NCBI GenBank assembly: GCA_965248695.1 | Contig: CBDFKD010000002.1 | Coordinates: forward strand, 3,680,001-3,744,000 | Reading direction: 5' to 3' | Source of the DNA: Acidobacteriota bacterium | GTDB lineage: Bacteria > Acidobacteriota > UBA890 > WLXD01 | DNA: 64,000 nt | In this document: positions 37,857 to 47,713 of the stretch, one piece after another | Position numbering within the stretch: position 1 is the first letter of the stretch | Layout of the letters: every line of letters starts with the position of its first letter | Program-made: the position numbers and the translations under genes | The notes under the pieces: model-generated | What the model saw: only the letters and a program-made list of their open reading frames with translations | The model's database searches: none | What the model was told of the DNA's origin: nothing

Positions 37857-38438
37857 GTGAGCGACCGGCCGACACGAATCCTCGTCGGCGTGACCGGCGC
37901 GTCGGGGGCGCCGTATGCGGTCTCGCTGCTGCGTCGAGATCTCGGCGAGACGTACCTCGTGCTGAGCAACTGGGGCCGCATGGTGCTGAAGGAGGAGACC
38001 GGTCTCAGCGAGGATGACCTGCGCCCCCTCGTACGCCGCGTCTTTTCTGACAAGGATCTGGCCAATGCGTTCGCCTCAGGCTCCAACGCGTTCGACGCCA
38101 TGATCGTTATCCCGTGCTCGTTGAGCACGATGGCTAAGATCGCCACCGGCCTCGCCGACTCGCTGATTACCCGCGCGGCGATGGTGGCGTTGAAGGAACG
38201 CCGACGCCTGGTGCTGGTGGTGCGGGAGGCTCCGTGGCCGACGAACGCGTTGGAGAACGCGGCGCGCCTGTCGCGCGACGGCGTGATCATCGTGCCGGCG
38301 TCGCCGCCCTTCTATCATCAACCCGCCGATCTGGAGCAGCTCATCGAGCATTTTGTGGACAAGGTCGCGGCGACTCTGGGAGCTGAAACGGGCCGGGCGT
38401 GGCGGCCGGAGCAGCTCGACCCGGAGCCGAGCGAGTGA
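37857..38438 (+). CDS. ubiX: Flavin prenyltransferase
   Basis: GVTGASGA, PCSLST, LKERRRLVL, PPFYHQP. Confidence 0.95.
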   Translation: MSDRPTRILVGVTGASGAPYAVSLLRRDLGETYLVLSNWGRMVLKEETGLSEDDLRPLVRRVFSDKDLANAFASGSNAFDAMIVIPCSLSTMAKIATGLADSLITRAAMVALKERRRLVLVVREAPWPTNALENAARLSRDGVIIVPASPPFYHQPADLEQLIEHFVDKVAATLGAETGRAWRPEQLDPEPSE

Positions 38439-40318
38439 GCTTCAACGATCTGCGCGGCTTCGTTGCTGCGCTCGAACAAGCCGGCGAGCTGCGACGCATC
38501 AAAGCGAGCGTCGACCCTCGTCTCGAAATCACCGCGATCGCCGATCGTGTCGTCAAGGCCGGCGGTCCGGCGTTGCTGTTCGAAAACGTTGAGGGGGCCG
38601 CCCACCCGTTGCTGATCAACGCGCTCGGTACGGAGCGGCGCGTCGAGATGGCCCTCGGGCGGCCGGCCGACGAGATCGGCGCGATGTTGCTGGCGACCGC
38701 CGAGGGTCTCAATCCGCCATCGCCGCGGGCTGTCTGGGATCTGCGTTCCAACCTGATGCAGTTGTTGCCGATGCGGACGCGCCGCGTGCGGCGGGCGCCC
38801 TGCCAAGAGGTGGTGGAGGAGCCCGATCTGGGCCAGTTCCCGGTGCAGACCTGCTGGCCGGAGGACGGCGGTCCGTTCATCACCTTCGGCCTGGTGATCA
38901 CGCGCGACCCGCTTACGGGCGAGCGCAATGTCGGCGTGTATCGCGTACAGGTGTTCGACTCGGACCTCACCGGGATGCACTGGCAGATCAACAAGGGCGG
39001 CGGATTCCACTACGCCCGCGCCGAGGCGATGGGCCAGCCGCTGCCGGTGGCGGTGGTAATCGGTGCCGACCCGGCATTGCTGCTCTCAGCCGTCGCCGCC
39101 CTGCCGGAAGGCATGGACGAGATCGCCTTCTCGGGCATCCTGCGGGGGGCACCCTGCCCCATGATGCGCTGCTCGAGTGTGGATCTGGAGGTGCCCGCCA
39201 ACGCCGAGATCATTCTGGAAGGCGAGGTGCCGCCGTTCGAGCGCCGACTGGAGGGCCCGTTCGGCGATCACTTCGGGCACTACTCTCACGCCGCGCCCTT
39301 CCCGGTGTTCAGGGTCCGGCGCATCACGCGCCGGCGCCGGCCGATCTACCTGTCGGCAGTCGTGGGCCTGCCGCCGCAAGAGGACAAGTTCATCGGCAAC
39401 GCGACACAGGACATCCTCGGGCCGCTGATCAAGCTGATCCACCACGAGATCGTCGACCTGTGGGCTTATTTCGAAGCCGGCTTCCACAACCTGCTGGTGG
39501 TGGCGGTGCGTCAACGCTTCTACAAGGAGGCCGTCAAGACCGCTCTTGCGTTGATGGGCACCGGGCAGCTGGCACTGACCAAGTGTCTGGTGCTGGTGGA
39601 CGAGACGGTTCCGGTACGCGATTTCGCCGCCGTCATGCGCGCCGTGCGGTCCAACTTCGAGCCCGAGCGAGACTTCCTGCTGCTGCCCGGCGTGCCGCTC
39701 GACACGCTCGACTTCACCAGCTATCGAATGAACCTCGGGAGCAAGATGATCCTCGACGCCACCAGCGGCCCGACGGAGGCGTTGCATGGTGCTCCCGGCG
39801 CCGATCACGACGCCGTGCGGGAGGCACTCGGTGGCGCCGTCGACGCGCCTGAGATGAGCGCCGCATTGCGCGACCCGACGCGCTACTCCGCCGGCCCGAT
39901 GGATACAGCGCCGCGCCGCAGCGATCGTGTTCCGGACCCGCGCGGCATCGATGGTCGGGTATCGGCGTACCGGGTGCTCGAGGACGCGCTCATGCTGGTG
40001 CAGGTGAGGACCGACGGTCGGGCCGTGGTCGAGCGGCTCGTCGACGTCGACCTCGGCCCCGTACGCATAGTGGCGGCCCTGAGCGATGACGTCGACCTGG
40101 ACGATCCCGACCAGAGACTCTGGGGTCTGTTTACACGCTTCGACTGCGCTCGCGACGTTGTCTTCGAGCGAACTGAGTGCCGCGGGCCGTGGACCACGTG
40201 TTACGGCACGATGGGCATCGACGCGACCTTCAAGCCGGGGTATCCAGACCGCCTCGTGATGCCGGACGAGTTGCTCGATACGGTGAGCCGCAGGTGGTCA
40301 GAATACGGGCTAGACTAA
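38435..40318 (+). CDS. UbiD-family (menaquinone biosynthesis) decarboxylase
   Basis: GPALLFEN, RNVGVYR, MHWQINKGG, EGPFGDHFGHY, GIDATFK. Confidence 0.93.
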   Translation: MSFNDLRGFVAALEQAGELRRIKASVDPRLEITAIADRVVKAGGPALLFENVEGAAHPLLINALGTERRVEMALGRPADEIGAMLLATAEGLNPPSPRAVWDLRSNLMQLLPMRTRRVRRAPCQEVVEEPDLGQFPVQTCWPEDGGPFITFGLVITRDPLTGERNVGVYRVQVFDSDLTGMHWQINKGGGFHYARAEAMGQPLPVAVVIGADPALLLSAVAALPEGMDEIAFSGILRGAPCPMMRCSSVDLEVPANAEIILEGEVPPFERRLEGPFGDHFGHYSHAAPFPVFRVRRITRRRRPIYLSAVVGLPPQEDKFIGNATQDILGPLIKLIHHEIVDLWAYFEAGFHNLLVVAVRQRFYKEAVKTALALMGTGQLALTKCLVLVDETVPVRDFAAVMRAVRSNFEPERDFLLLPGVPLDTLDFTSYRMNLGSKMILDATSGPTEALHGAPGADHDAVREALGGAVDAPEMSAALRDPTRYSAGPMDTAPRRSDRVPDPRGIDGRVSAYRVLEDALMLVQVRTDGRAVVERLVDVDLGPVRIVAALSDDVDLDDPDQRLWGLFTRFDCARDVVFERTECRGPWTTCYGTMGIDATFKPGYPDRLVMPDELLDTVSRRWSEYGLD

Positions 40319-40353
40319 CCACCTCTGGGTATCCTCAGGAGCCGACCGGAACG

Positions 40354-41691
40354 ATGAAGCGATCCAGCGACGCGCGTCTGCAAGATGTTGTCGACAAGGT
40401 GGCGGCAGGCGAGCGTCTCGACTTCGACGACGGAATGGCCATGCTGGGCACCGATGACGTCGTCGGTCTCGGACGTATCGCCAACGCCGAGAAGGAGCGC
40501 CGCACCGGTCCGTTCGTGGGCTTCGTGCTCAATCGCCAGATCAACCCCACGAACGTCTGCGTGCTGAGCTGCAAGTTCTGCGACTTCGCCGCCAAGAAGA
40601 GCGATGACCACGCGTACGAGATGACGTTGGAACAGATCCGCCAGCGCGTGCGGGAGCCGATCCGTGAGGTCCATATCGTCGGCGGCCTGCACCCGGACTG
40701 GCCGTTCGAGCGCTACATCGAGGTGCTCGAGACCATCCGCGATGCCAACCCCGGGGCGCAGATCAAGGCCTATACCGCCGTCGAGATCGATTTCTTTGCC
40801 CGCCGCGAGAAGATCTCGGTGGAGGAGGTCTTCGATCGTCTGCAAGCGGCCGGCCTGGTGGCCATGCCGGGTGGCGGCGCCGAGGTGTTCTCGGAGCGCG
40901 TTCGACGCCAGATGTACCGCGGCAAGATCGGTCACGAACGCTGGCTGGAGATCCACGAGATCGCCCACGGCAGAGGGATCCGCACCAACGCTACCCTCTT
41001 GTACGGACATATCGAGACCCACGAGGAACGCGTCAACCACATGTTGTTGCTGCGCCAGTTGCAGGATCGCACCGGAGGGTTCTTCAGCTTCATTCCGCTG
41101 GCGTTCCAGCTCGGCTACTCCAACATCGTCGAGCGCCCGGCTTCTGCCGTCGAAGACCTCCGGACGATCGCCACGGCGCGCCTGTTACTCGACAATTTCC
41201 CGCACATCAAGGCCTACTGGGTCATGCTCGGAGAGGAGACCGCGTCGATGGCGTTGCAGTGGGGAGCCGACGACCTCGACGGCACCATCGGCGAGGAGCT
41301 CATTGCGCACGCGGCGCTGGCAAGCAGCCCGGCCGGGATGACCACTCAGCGGTTGACCAAGATGATTCGCGAGGCCGGCCGCGTTCCGGTGCAACGCGAC
41401 GCGACGTACCGGATCATCGCGGTGTACCCACCGCCGGACCCCACGGCCCACTGGTCGCAGCGGATGGAGATCGCCAGCGGCGATCCCATCGCGCTCCGTG
41501 GACAGGTGGCGGAGCCACAGGCGGTCGACGTCGAAGATCACGGGTTGTATAGCTGGGACCTGCTGGGAGATCGCGCCAGCGAGGTGCGGCGCTTGGCGCA
41601 CACCCCGCTGGGGTCGGTTGCCGACCCACACGTGCTGCCGGCACTGCCGGCGGTAGGCGAGTCTGAGGCGTACGACGCTTCCCTGACATGA
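40354..41691 (+). CDS. mqnE: Aminofutalosine synthase (radical SAM)
   Basis: NPTNVCVLSCKFCDF, EVHIVGGLHP, PGGGAE, HIKAYW; carries a C-terminal extension. Confidence 0.92.
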   Translation: MKRSSDARLQDVVDKVAAGERLDFDDGMAMLGTDDVVGLGRIANAEKERRTGPFVGFVLNRQINPTNVCVLSCKFCDFAAKKSDDHAYEMTLEQIRQRVREPIREVHIVGGLHPDWPFERYIEVLETIRDANPGAQIKAYTAVEIDFFARREKISVEEVFDRLQAAGLVAMPGGGAEVFSERVRRQMYRGKIGHERWLEIHEIAHGRGIRTNATLLYGHIETHEERVNHMLLLRQLQDRTGGFFSFIPLAFQLGYSNIVERPASAVEDLRTIATARLLLDNFPHIKAYWVMLGEETASMALQWGADDLDGTIGEELIAHAALASSPAGMTTQRLTKMIREAGRVPVQRDATYRIIAVYPPPDPTAHWSQRMEIASGDPIALRGQVAEPQAVDVEDHGLYSWDLLGDRASEVRRLAHTPLGSVADPHVLPALPAVGESEAYDASLT

Positions 41692-42545
41692 GCTCGCTGC
41701 GAGTCGCGCGGATTCCCTATCTGAACTCGGTTCCGTTCTATCAGCACCTTGATGACGGAACCTTCGATCTGATCGATCTGCCGCCGCGCCAACTCGGCCA
41801 GCTGGCGCAGGAAGGTCGGGTCGATGCCGGAATCATGTCGTTGTGCGACGCGTTCAGGAATCCCGAGTTCGTAACGCTCGGTAGCCTCGGCGTGGCGTGC
41901 GATGGGCCGGCGCACTCGGTGTTGCTATTCTCCCGCGTCTCACCCGATCAGCTCGACGGAGCGAGCATCGCGATCACCCGTCAGACCAGCACGTCCTACC
42001 CACTGTTGCGACTGCTGCTGGAGCAGCGGTACGGCGCCCACGTAGCGCGCTACGTACGTCGTGACCGGGCCAGCGACGAGGATGATGCAGTCCTGCTGAT
42101 CGGTGATAGCGCCCTCGTGGAGGCGGCCTCGTTCGGGCTGGTGCCCGGGGGCCAGGACTACAGCGATGCCCTGATCCCGCTGGCCGGGGACCGTTGGACT
42201 CAGGTGCTCGATCTCGGCGCCGCGTGGAAGCAGTGGCAGGGGCACCCGTTCGTCTTTGCTCGCTGGGTTGTGCGTCGCGAGGCGACCTCTGCCGCGACCA
42301 CGGAGCTGCTCGAGCGGCTGGGGTCGTCGCTCGACCAGAGTTTGCGCGATCTACGTCCGCTGGCCGCGACCTGCGGTCACCAGGCGGGTCTCGACGCGGA
42401 GGCGGCCTTCGCTTACTTGATGGGTTTCACGTATCGGCTCGGCGCACAGGAAACAGCTGCCGTCGAGCGATTCGGCACGCTGCTGTCCCAATCCGCCTGG
42501 CGGGAGGAGCGTCAGCCTCCGCAGAGCGCGGAGACGACGGCTTGA
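41688..42545 (+). CDS. mqnA: Chorismate dehydratase
   Basis: IPYLNSVP, STS, LLIGDSAL, DLGAAW..PFVFARW. Confidence 0.92.
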   Translation: MSSLRVARIPYLNSVPFYQHLDDGTFDLIDLPPRQLGQLAQEGRVDAGIMSLCDAFRNPEFVTLGSLGVACDGPAHSVLLFSRVSPDQLDGASIAITRQTSTSYPLLRLLLEQRYGAHVARYVRRDRASDEDDAVLLIGDSALVEAASFGLVPGGQDYSDALIPLAGDRWTQVLDLGAAWKQWQGHPFVFARWVVRREATSAATTELLERLGSSLDQSLRDLRPLAATCGHQAGLDAEAAFAYLMGFTYRLGAQETAAVERFGTLLSQSAWREERQPPQSAETTA

Positions 42546-42679
42546 CGACTCCTGGGCTGGTCACCAAGGCGAACGAGGTGATGCGCGCGGCCCGTCACGA
42601 ACTGGCCACAGAAAGCGCCGGCATCGGGGCGGCCCCCGGCTGCGTCCTCGGCGATCTCCTCGCCGGAGGAGTGGGCTCT

Positions 42680-43768
42680 GTGAGCATCGAGCAGATCCGC
42701 GAGAAGGTCGACCACGGTGCCCGCATAACGCCGCAGGAGGGCCTCTGGTTGCTGACCCAGGGGCCGCTGGCGGAGCTCGGCGAGCTCGCCAACATCTGGC
42801 GTTTCCGGTACAACCCGGAGCGCCGCGTGACGTTCGTTATCGACAGCAACCCGAACTACACGAACTTCTGCGATGCCGACTGCCTGTTCTGCGCCTTCTA
42901 CCGGCGGCCGGGCGACGCGAAGGAAGGGTACGCACAGACGATCGACGAGCTCATGGAGACGATCGGTCGGTCAGTCGATCTCGGGGCCACCACCGTTCTG
43001 CTTCAGGGTGGGCTGTACGACGATCTACCGTTCTCGTACTACATCGACGTGGTGACGGCCTTCCGCGAGCGCTTCCCTGACGTTCACCCGCACCTGTTCT
43101 CGGCCCCCGAGATCGGCAAGATGCGCGAGGTCTCCGGGCTGAGTTACGACGAGATATTTCGTGCCCTGGCCGATGCCGGCCTGACGACCATGCCTGGTGG
43201 TGGCGCAGAGCTCCTCTCGGATCGGGTGCGGGCCCGTATCTCGCCGAAGAAACAAAGTAGCCTCGAGTGGATCGACATCCATCGGGCTGCGCACCGACAA
43301 GGGCTGCGTACCACGGCCACCTTGATGTACGGCCATGCCGAGCAGCCCGAAGACGTAATCGAGCATCTGGAGTGTCTTCGCCGGCTACAGGATGAAGCGG
43401 AAGGTGAGGGGTTCACGGCGTTCATTCCGTGGTCGTACAAGGCCATCAACACGCCGATGCAGCGGCAGTTCCCGGACAGTGTCGGTCCGGCCGTCTACCT
43501 CCGCATTCTGGCGTTGGCCCGCATCTACCTCGATAACATCCGCCACATCCAGGCATCGTGGTTCTCGGAGGGCAAGAAGGCGGGACAGGTGGCGCTGCAG
43601 TTTGGCACCGACGACTTCGGGGGCACGCTGATCGAGGAGAACGTGCTGCATGAGGCAGCGCACGACGTGAGAACCACCACGGAAGAGACGATCGAGCTCA
43701 TCCGTGAGGCGGGATTCACGCCAGCGCGCCGGGAAACCCCGCTCTACGATGTGGTCGAGACTTACTGA
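42680..43768 (+). CDS. mqnC: Cyclic dehypoxanthinyl futalosine synthase (radical SAM)
   Basis: NYTNFCDADCLFCAFYR, LLQGG, PGGGAE, HIQASW, GGTLIEENV; start at GTG 42680 or TTG 42542. Confidence 0.92.
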   Translation: MSIEQIREKVDHGARITPQEGLWLLTQGPLAELGELANIWRFRYNPERRVTFVIDSNPNYTNFCDADCLFCAFYRRPGDAKEGYAQTIDELMETIGRSVDLGATTVLLQGGLYDDLPFSYYIDVVTAFRERFPDVHPHLFSAPEIGKMREVSGLSYDEIFRALADAGLTTMPGGGAELLSDRVRARISPKKQSSLEWIDIHRAAHRQGLRTTATLMYGHAEQPEDVIEHLECLRRLQDEAEGEGFTAFIPWSYKAINTPMQRQFPDSVGPAVYLRILALARIYLDNIRHIQASWFSEGKKAGQVALQFGTDDFGGTLIEENVLHEAAHDVRTTTEETIELIREAGFTPARRETPLYDVVETY

Positions 43769-43772
43769 CCGG

Positions 43773-44453
43773 ATGCGGTCCAGTCAGATTGCGGCGACGC
43801 CCTGGGCTCGGGGGGCGCGGTGTGCCGGTGTTGTACTGCTCGTTGTCCTGCCCACTTCGTGCGGTGGCCGGGACGCATGGCTCGACGACCCACTGCCCGT
43901 CCGGCATCCGGTTGCCGTGCCGTCACCGCTGCCCCTCGATGCGCCCCGTGTCCGCCTCGCGACCTCGGTTGGTGACATCGTGGTTGCTCTGTATGACGAT
44001 CGAGCGCCGATCAGCGTGGCGAACTTCCTGCGCTATGTCGACGAGGGCTTCTACGAAGGCACGATCTTTCATCGCGTCGAGCCGCCGACTGCGCTTCCGG
44101 TTGTCCAGGCAGGCGGCTACGACCAGGATCTCGATCCTCGGTCGACGCACGAGCCGGTCGCCAGTGAGTCGGACAACGGTCTTTCGAACCTGCGCGGAAC
44201 GATGGCGCTCGCCCGGCGGGGGAGCGACTTGAACAGCGCCACGTCACAGTTCTTCTTCAACTATCTCGACAACCCGAGCCTCGATCACGCCGGCCCGGAC
44301 CGTCCGGGCTATGCGGTGTTCGGCGTCGTCGTCGAGGGGATCGATGTGGTCGATCGGATCACGATGGTGCCGACAGCTGCCGAGCCAGGCACGACCCTGG
44401 GCTACGTGCCGATGGTGCCGGTTGTGATCGAGCGAGCCTGGCGCGAGCCCTGA
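43773..44453 (+). CDS. Cyclophilin-type PPIase, probable lipoprotein
   Basis: APISVANF, FHRV, RGTMALAR, SATSQFF, GYAVFG; lipobox-like PTSC. Confidence 0.9.
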   Translation: MRSSQIAATPWARGARCAGVVLLVVLPTSCGGRDAWLDDPLPVRHPVAVPSPLPLDAPRVRLATSVGDIVVALYDDRAPISVANFLRYVDEGFYEGTIFHRVEPPTALPVVQAGGYDQDLDPRSTHEPVASESDNGLSNLRGTMALARRGSDLNSATSQFFFNYLDNPSLDHAGPDRPGYAVFGVVVEGIDVVDRITMVPTAAEPGTTLGYVPMVPVVIERAWREP

Positions 44454-44490
44454 CCGGCCGCGCCGCCACACTGACTGGCGCTGCAGTGCG

Positions 44491-46506
44491 CTATTGACCG
44501 CGGCGGGGCCCTTCGACCGCGAGTCGCGCGCGCAGCCAGGCGTAGGTCTGTCCGGTTCGCAAGCGCAAGGCGGCCTCCTCGCTTGCGGCTGCCATCGGCG
44601 CGCCTGCGCGTAGAGAAGCCTCGGCCGCGCGCATGTAGGCGCGCCGTCGATCGGAGTCCTCGGTGAGCAGCGCCCCATAGGCAAATCCGTCCGCCATCAG
44701 GGAGGCGGTCGGGCAGGCGAGCGCTTGGTCGAGGAGCTGATGCAGTGCTTGCTCCGCCTGTCGATCGGGTCGCTGCGCCAGGCGTCTGGCCCAGGTGTAG
44801 CGGCCGAGGCCCTCGAGCACCAACCCGGCAGTCATGGGATCAGAGGCGCATGCGGTCGTATGGAGTGCGACAGCGGCGGCACGCAGCCCGATCTGTGCCG
44901 CTTGCAGGTGGGCAGTCGAGCCGCTGACTTCCCAGGTGTCGATCTGTGCAAGCGCCAGCCACGGGCTTGCAACGCGTCCGGTACTGCCCCGGATGAGAGT
45001 GGTGCCGGCGGCCGCAAGTGCCTCCTCGATGCGCGGATCTCCGGTCAGCCAGAAATACAGCAACGCGCCGCGGGTCCGCTCGCCGAACCCCGTGTCGCTG
45101 GCTACTCCGACGCGCCTGGCGGCGGCGCGTAGCCAGGCGGCTTCAGCGCCCTGGTCACCTAGCCAGCTGGCCAGCAATCCGAAGGCTGGATCCCAGTCGT
45201 CGCTGGCGTCCATCGCGGTGCCCGCTGCGTCTGTGTCGGTGACGCCGATCCCAATCGGTCCCAGCGCTAGCGAGTCCCGAAGCCAGGACGCTTCGGCGGC
45301 CGCCACAAGTGGGCTCTGGAAGTCGAGGAACTCCCGCGTCTCGCCGGCAACGCCGGCGCGAAACTGCAGGAAGAGCTCGGCCGTGGTGCAGCGGCCACCT
45401 GTCGGTGCAACGTCGACTTCAATGGCGCCGGAGCCCGCGAGGCTGATCGAACGGACCGGCCCATCGGAGGTCGGCGACGCAGCGGCCGCTACGCTCCAGC
45501 CCAGAGAGCCGAACTCGGCCCAGGCGACGCTCTCATCGGTCCAGAATGTTTGCCCGTCGAGCTGGGCGCTCCAGCTCATTTCGTCGCCCTGCCGAACGAT
45601 GCGCGCGGTGCTGCGCGCGTCGAGGGGAAACGACTCTGCCGGAAGCCACGCGTTCTCGGCGTTCCCGGGCGCCATTCCCACCGTCGCGCGTAGCGGATCA
45701 CCTAGTGTTTCTATCGGGACGTGGATCCGAGCGATGTCCGTTGCCGCACCGCCGCAGGTGCGGATCACCACCCGTATCCACGGCTGATCTCGGTAGGCGT
45801 GCAACCAAACAACGGCGCTTGCCGACGAGCTTTGAGCCGGCGCGGCCTCGATGCGGACAACTGCCGCAGCCGGTCCGGAGGACACCAGGCGCGCCTGCAA
45901 CGGTGCGGCGGCCATGCCCTCGGCGCCAGGCCATCGGATCTCCGCGCCGCGATCGCCAACCAATCGTATGTCGACCCGCCGGTCGCCGTTCATGTCGATG
46001 TGCAGGTTCTCGAGCAAGTTGCTGCCTTCGGTGGCGACGTGGAATCCGATCGCCCCGGTATCGACCTGGATGCCGCCCGGCTCTGCCCAGGCGATGTCCG
46101 CCGAGGCGCTTGCGACGGTGCCGGGGACGAGCTCGAATGCCGCCGTGCCGCCGGGCTGAAGATCGGCCGAGAACCCGAGCGCTAGCCACTTGATGGGCGC
46201 TGTGAGGTCGTGCGCGGGACGGTTCCAGCGCGCCAGCACACGAGCGTTGAACGGAACCGACCTGCCGTTCGAATCGCGAAGCTCGAACGCCTCCACGTCG
46301 ATGACCCCGGCATTGGGCGGCAGCGGAACGCCGGCCAGCACCGGCGCCCGGATTCGCTGCACGCCAGCAGACTCTGTCACCAGCAGGCGAATGCCAGGCG
46401 GTTGCGCATCGGCCGGCGTCTGAGCGCCAGCGCCTCCGGCGCATGCCACAGCCAGCAGTGCCGTAAGCAGAGCAGACCGTCTATTTCGTAGGACTGTAGA
46501 CGTCAT
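44491..46506 (-). CDS. Secreted protein with RIFT-barrel/PcRGLX-YetA-like N-terminus
   Basis: Signal peptide; PVLAGVPLP, VLARW..IKW, IQVDTGAI; helical C-terminus. Confidence 0.6.
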   Translation of the reverse strand: MTSTVLRNRRSALLTALLAVACAGGAGAQTPADAQPPGIRLLVTESAGVQRIRAPVLAGVPLPPNAGVIDVEAFELRDSNGRSVPFNARVLARWNRPAHDLTAPIKWLALGFSADLQPGGTAAFELVPGTVASASADIAWAEPGGIQVDTGAIGFHVATEGSNLLENLHIDMNGDRRVDIRLVGDRGAEIRWPGAEGMAAAPLQARLVSSGPAAAVVRIEAAPAQSSSASAVVWLHAYRDQPWIRVVIRTCGGAATDIARIHVPIETLGDPLRATVGMAPGNAENAWLPAESFPLDARSTARIVRQGDEMSWSAQLDGQTFWTDESVAWAEFGSLGWSVAAAASPTSDGPVRSISLAGSGAIEVDVAPTGGRCTTAELFLQFRAGVAGETREFLDFQSPLVAAAEASWLRDSLALGPIGIGVTDTDAAGTAMDASDDWDPAFGLLASWLGDQGAEAAWLRAAARRVGVASDTGFGERTRGALLYFWLTGDPRIEEALAAAGTTLIRGSTGRVASPWLALAQIDTWEVSGSTAHLQAAQIGLRAAAVALHTTACASDPMTAGLVLEGLGRYTWARRLAQRPDRQAEQALHQLLDQALACPTASLMADGFAYGALLTEDSDRRRAYMRAAEASLRAGAPMAAASEEAALRLRTGQTYAWLRARLAVEGPRRGQ

Positions 46507-46525
46507 AGTGATTGTTTCGCATGGA

Positions 46526-46587
46526 ATACTGTTCACAAGTGACTCATGAATAGTATCAATAGTCACACAGCTGCGTGAAGACTATTG
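46526..46587. promoter_or_regulatory. Two adjacent 31-bp inverted repeats
   Basis: atactgttcacaagt-g-actcatgaatagtat and caatagtc..gactattg, AT-rich, upstream of 46506. Confidence 0.5.
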
Positions 46588-46632
46588 TTCCCTACCGCGG
46601 ACCTGCAGGCCTAAGCACCTGCGCACAGGCCA

Positions 46633-47472
46633 TTAGTAGAGGTCGACGGTCGGCGCCGCTGCCAGCAGGTTCGCCGCGCAGGCGTGAGCGAACAGACGTT
46701 TGATGGCGCGGTGTCCGGCCTCACCCATGTCGAGAGTGGCCGCGTTCACGTAGCGGTGGACGTATTCCTCCAGGTCGTCGCGAGCCAGCCCGCGGGCGTA
46801 GCCGGCGGCGAAATCGAGCGCCTCGTCCGGATTCTGGAAGGCGGCGTGGACGCTATGGGCGAAGCCGTCCGCGACTGCCGCCTGAACGTCCGGGGCCAGA
46901 TCGCGGCGGATGGCAACCACGCCCAGCGGCAGCGGCAGCTGCTCGCGCTCGGCCCATTCGAGCGCCGGTTCGAAGAGCGCGTGCAATCCCAGACGCTCGT
47001 AAATGAGCTGTCCTTCGTGAATGATCAGCCCACCGTCCACTTCGCCACCGACGACGGCGTCGAGAATGGTGTCGAATGGCATCTCGAGTTCCTCGTAGGT
47101 AGTGCCGGCGTATATCCGCAGGAGCATTCGGGCCGTCGTCAGAGCTCCTGGGATTCCGATCTTGAGTCCGGCGAGGGGTCCGTCCGTCGACTCCACCGGA
47201 GGCCGCGTCCCGACCACGAGCGGCCCGTAGGCATCGCCGAAGCTGGCTCCGCATCGCAGGATCCGGTACCGGTCGGCGACCGTGGGATACGCGCCGACCG
47301 AGATCGCGCTTAGATCGAGGCGGCCCTCGGCCGTATGCTGATTCAGCGACTCGATATCGGCGAACTCGATCTCCGATTCCAAGCCGCGCCGTTGCAACTC
47401 TTTGCTTAGGCCCCACGCCATGAAGGCGTCGTCAGGGTCGGCGCTCTGACCGATTCGGAGAATCTGTGACAT
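46633..47472 (-). CDS. mqnD: 1,4-dihydroxy-6-naphthoate synthase
   Basis: SADPDDAFM, ASFGDAYGP, IPGALTTA, IIHEGQL, PLPLG, YVN. Confidence 0.92.
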   Translation of the reverse strand: MSQILRIGQSADPDDAFMAWGLSKELQRRGLESEIEFADIESLNQHTAEGRLDLSAISVGAYPTVADRYRILRCGASFGDAYGPLVVGTRPPVESTDGPLAGLKIGIPGALTTARMLLRIYAGTTYEELEMPFDTILDAVVGGEVDGGLIIHEGQLIYERLGLHALFEPALEWAEREQLPLPLGVVAIRRDLAPDVQAAVADGFAHSVHAAFQNPDEALDFAAGYARGLARDDLEEYVHRYVNAATLDMGEAGHRAIKRLFAHACAANLLAAAPTVDLY

Positions 47473-47713
47473 CGTGTCCGGGTTCCTGTATCCGAGCGCG
47501 CCGTCCGGTCCAGAAAGCTGGCTACCTTGTGGCCGGCACTCTGGTGCACAAAGCTGGCGACCCCGTGGCGGGCACTGTAGTTTAGCTGCTCTCGCGCACC
47601 ACACATGAACCGCCCCAGCGCCTCTTGCCTTCCGACCACCGCACCTCGAACCTCTCGCCAGCCACCCCTGAGCGTCGATGAGCTCGATAAAAGCGCCCCA
47701 GCCGACACCACCC

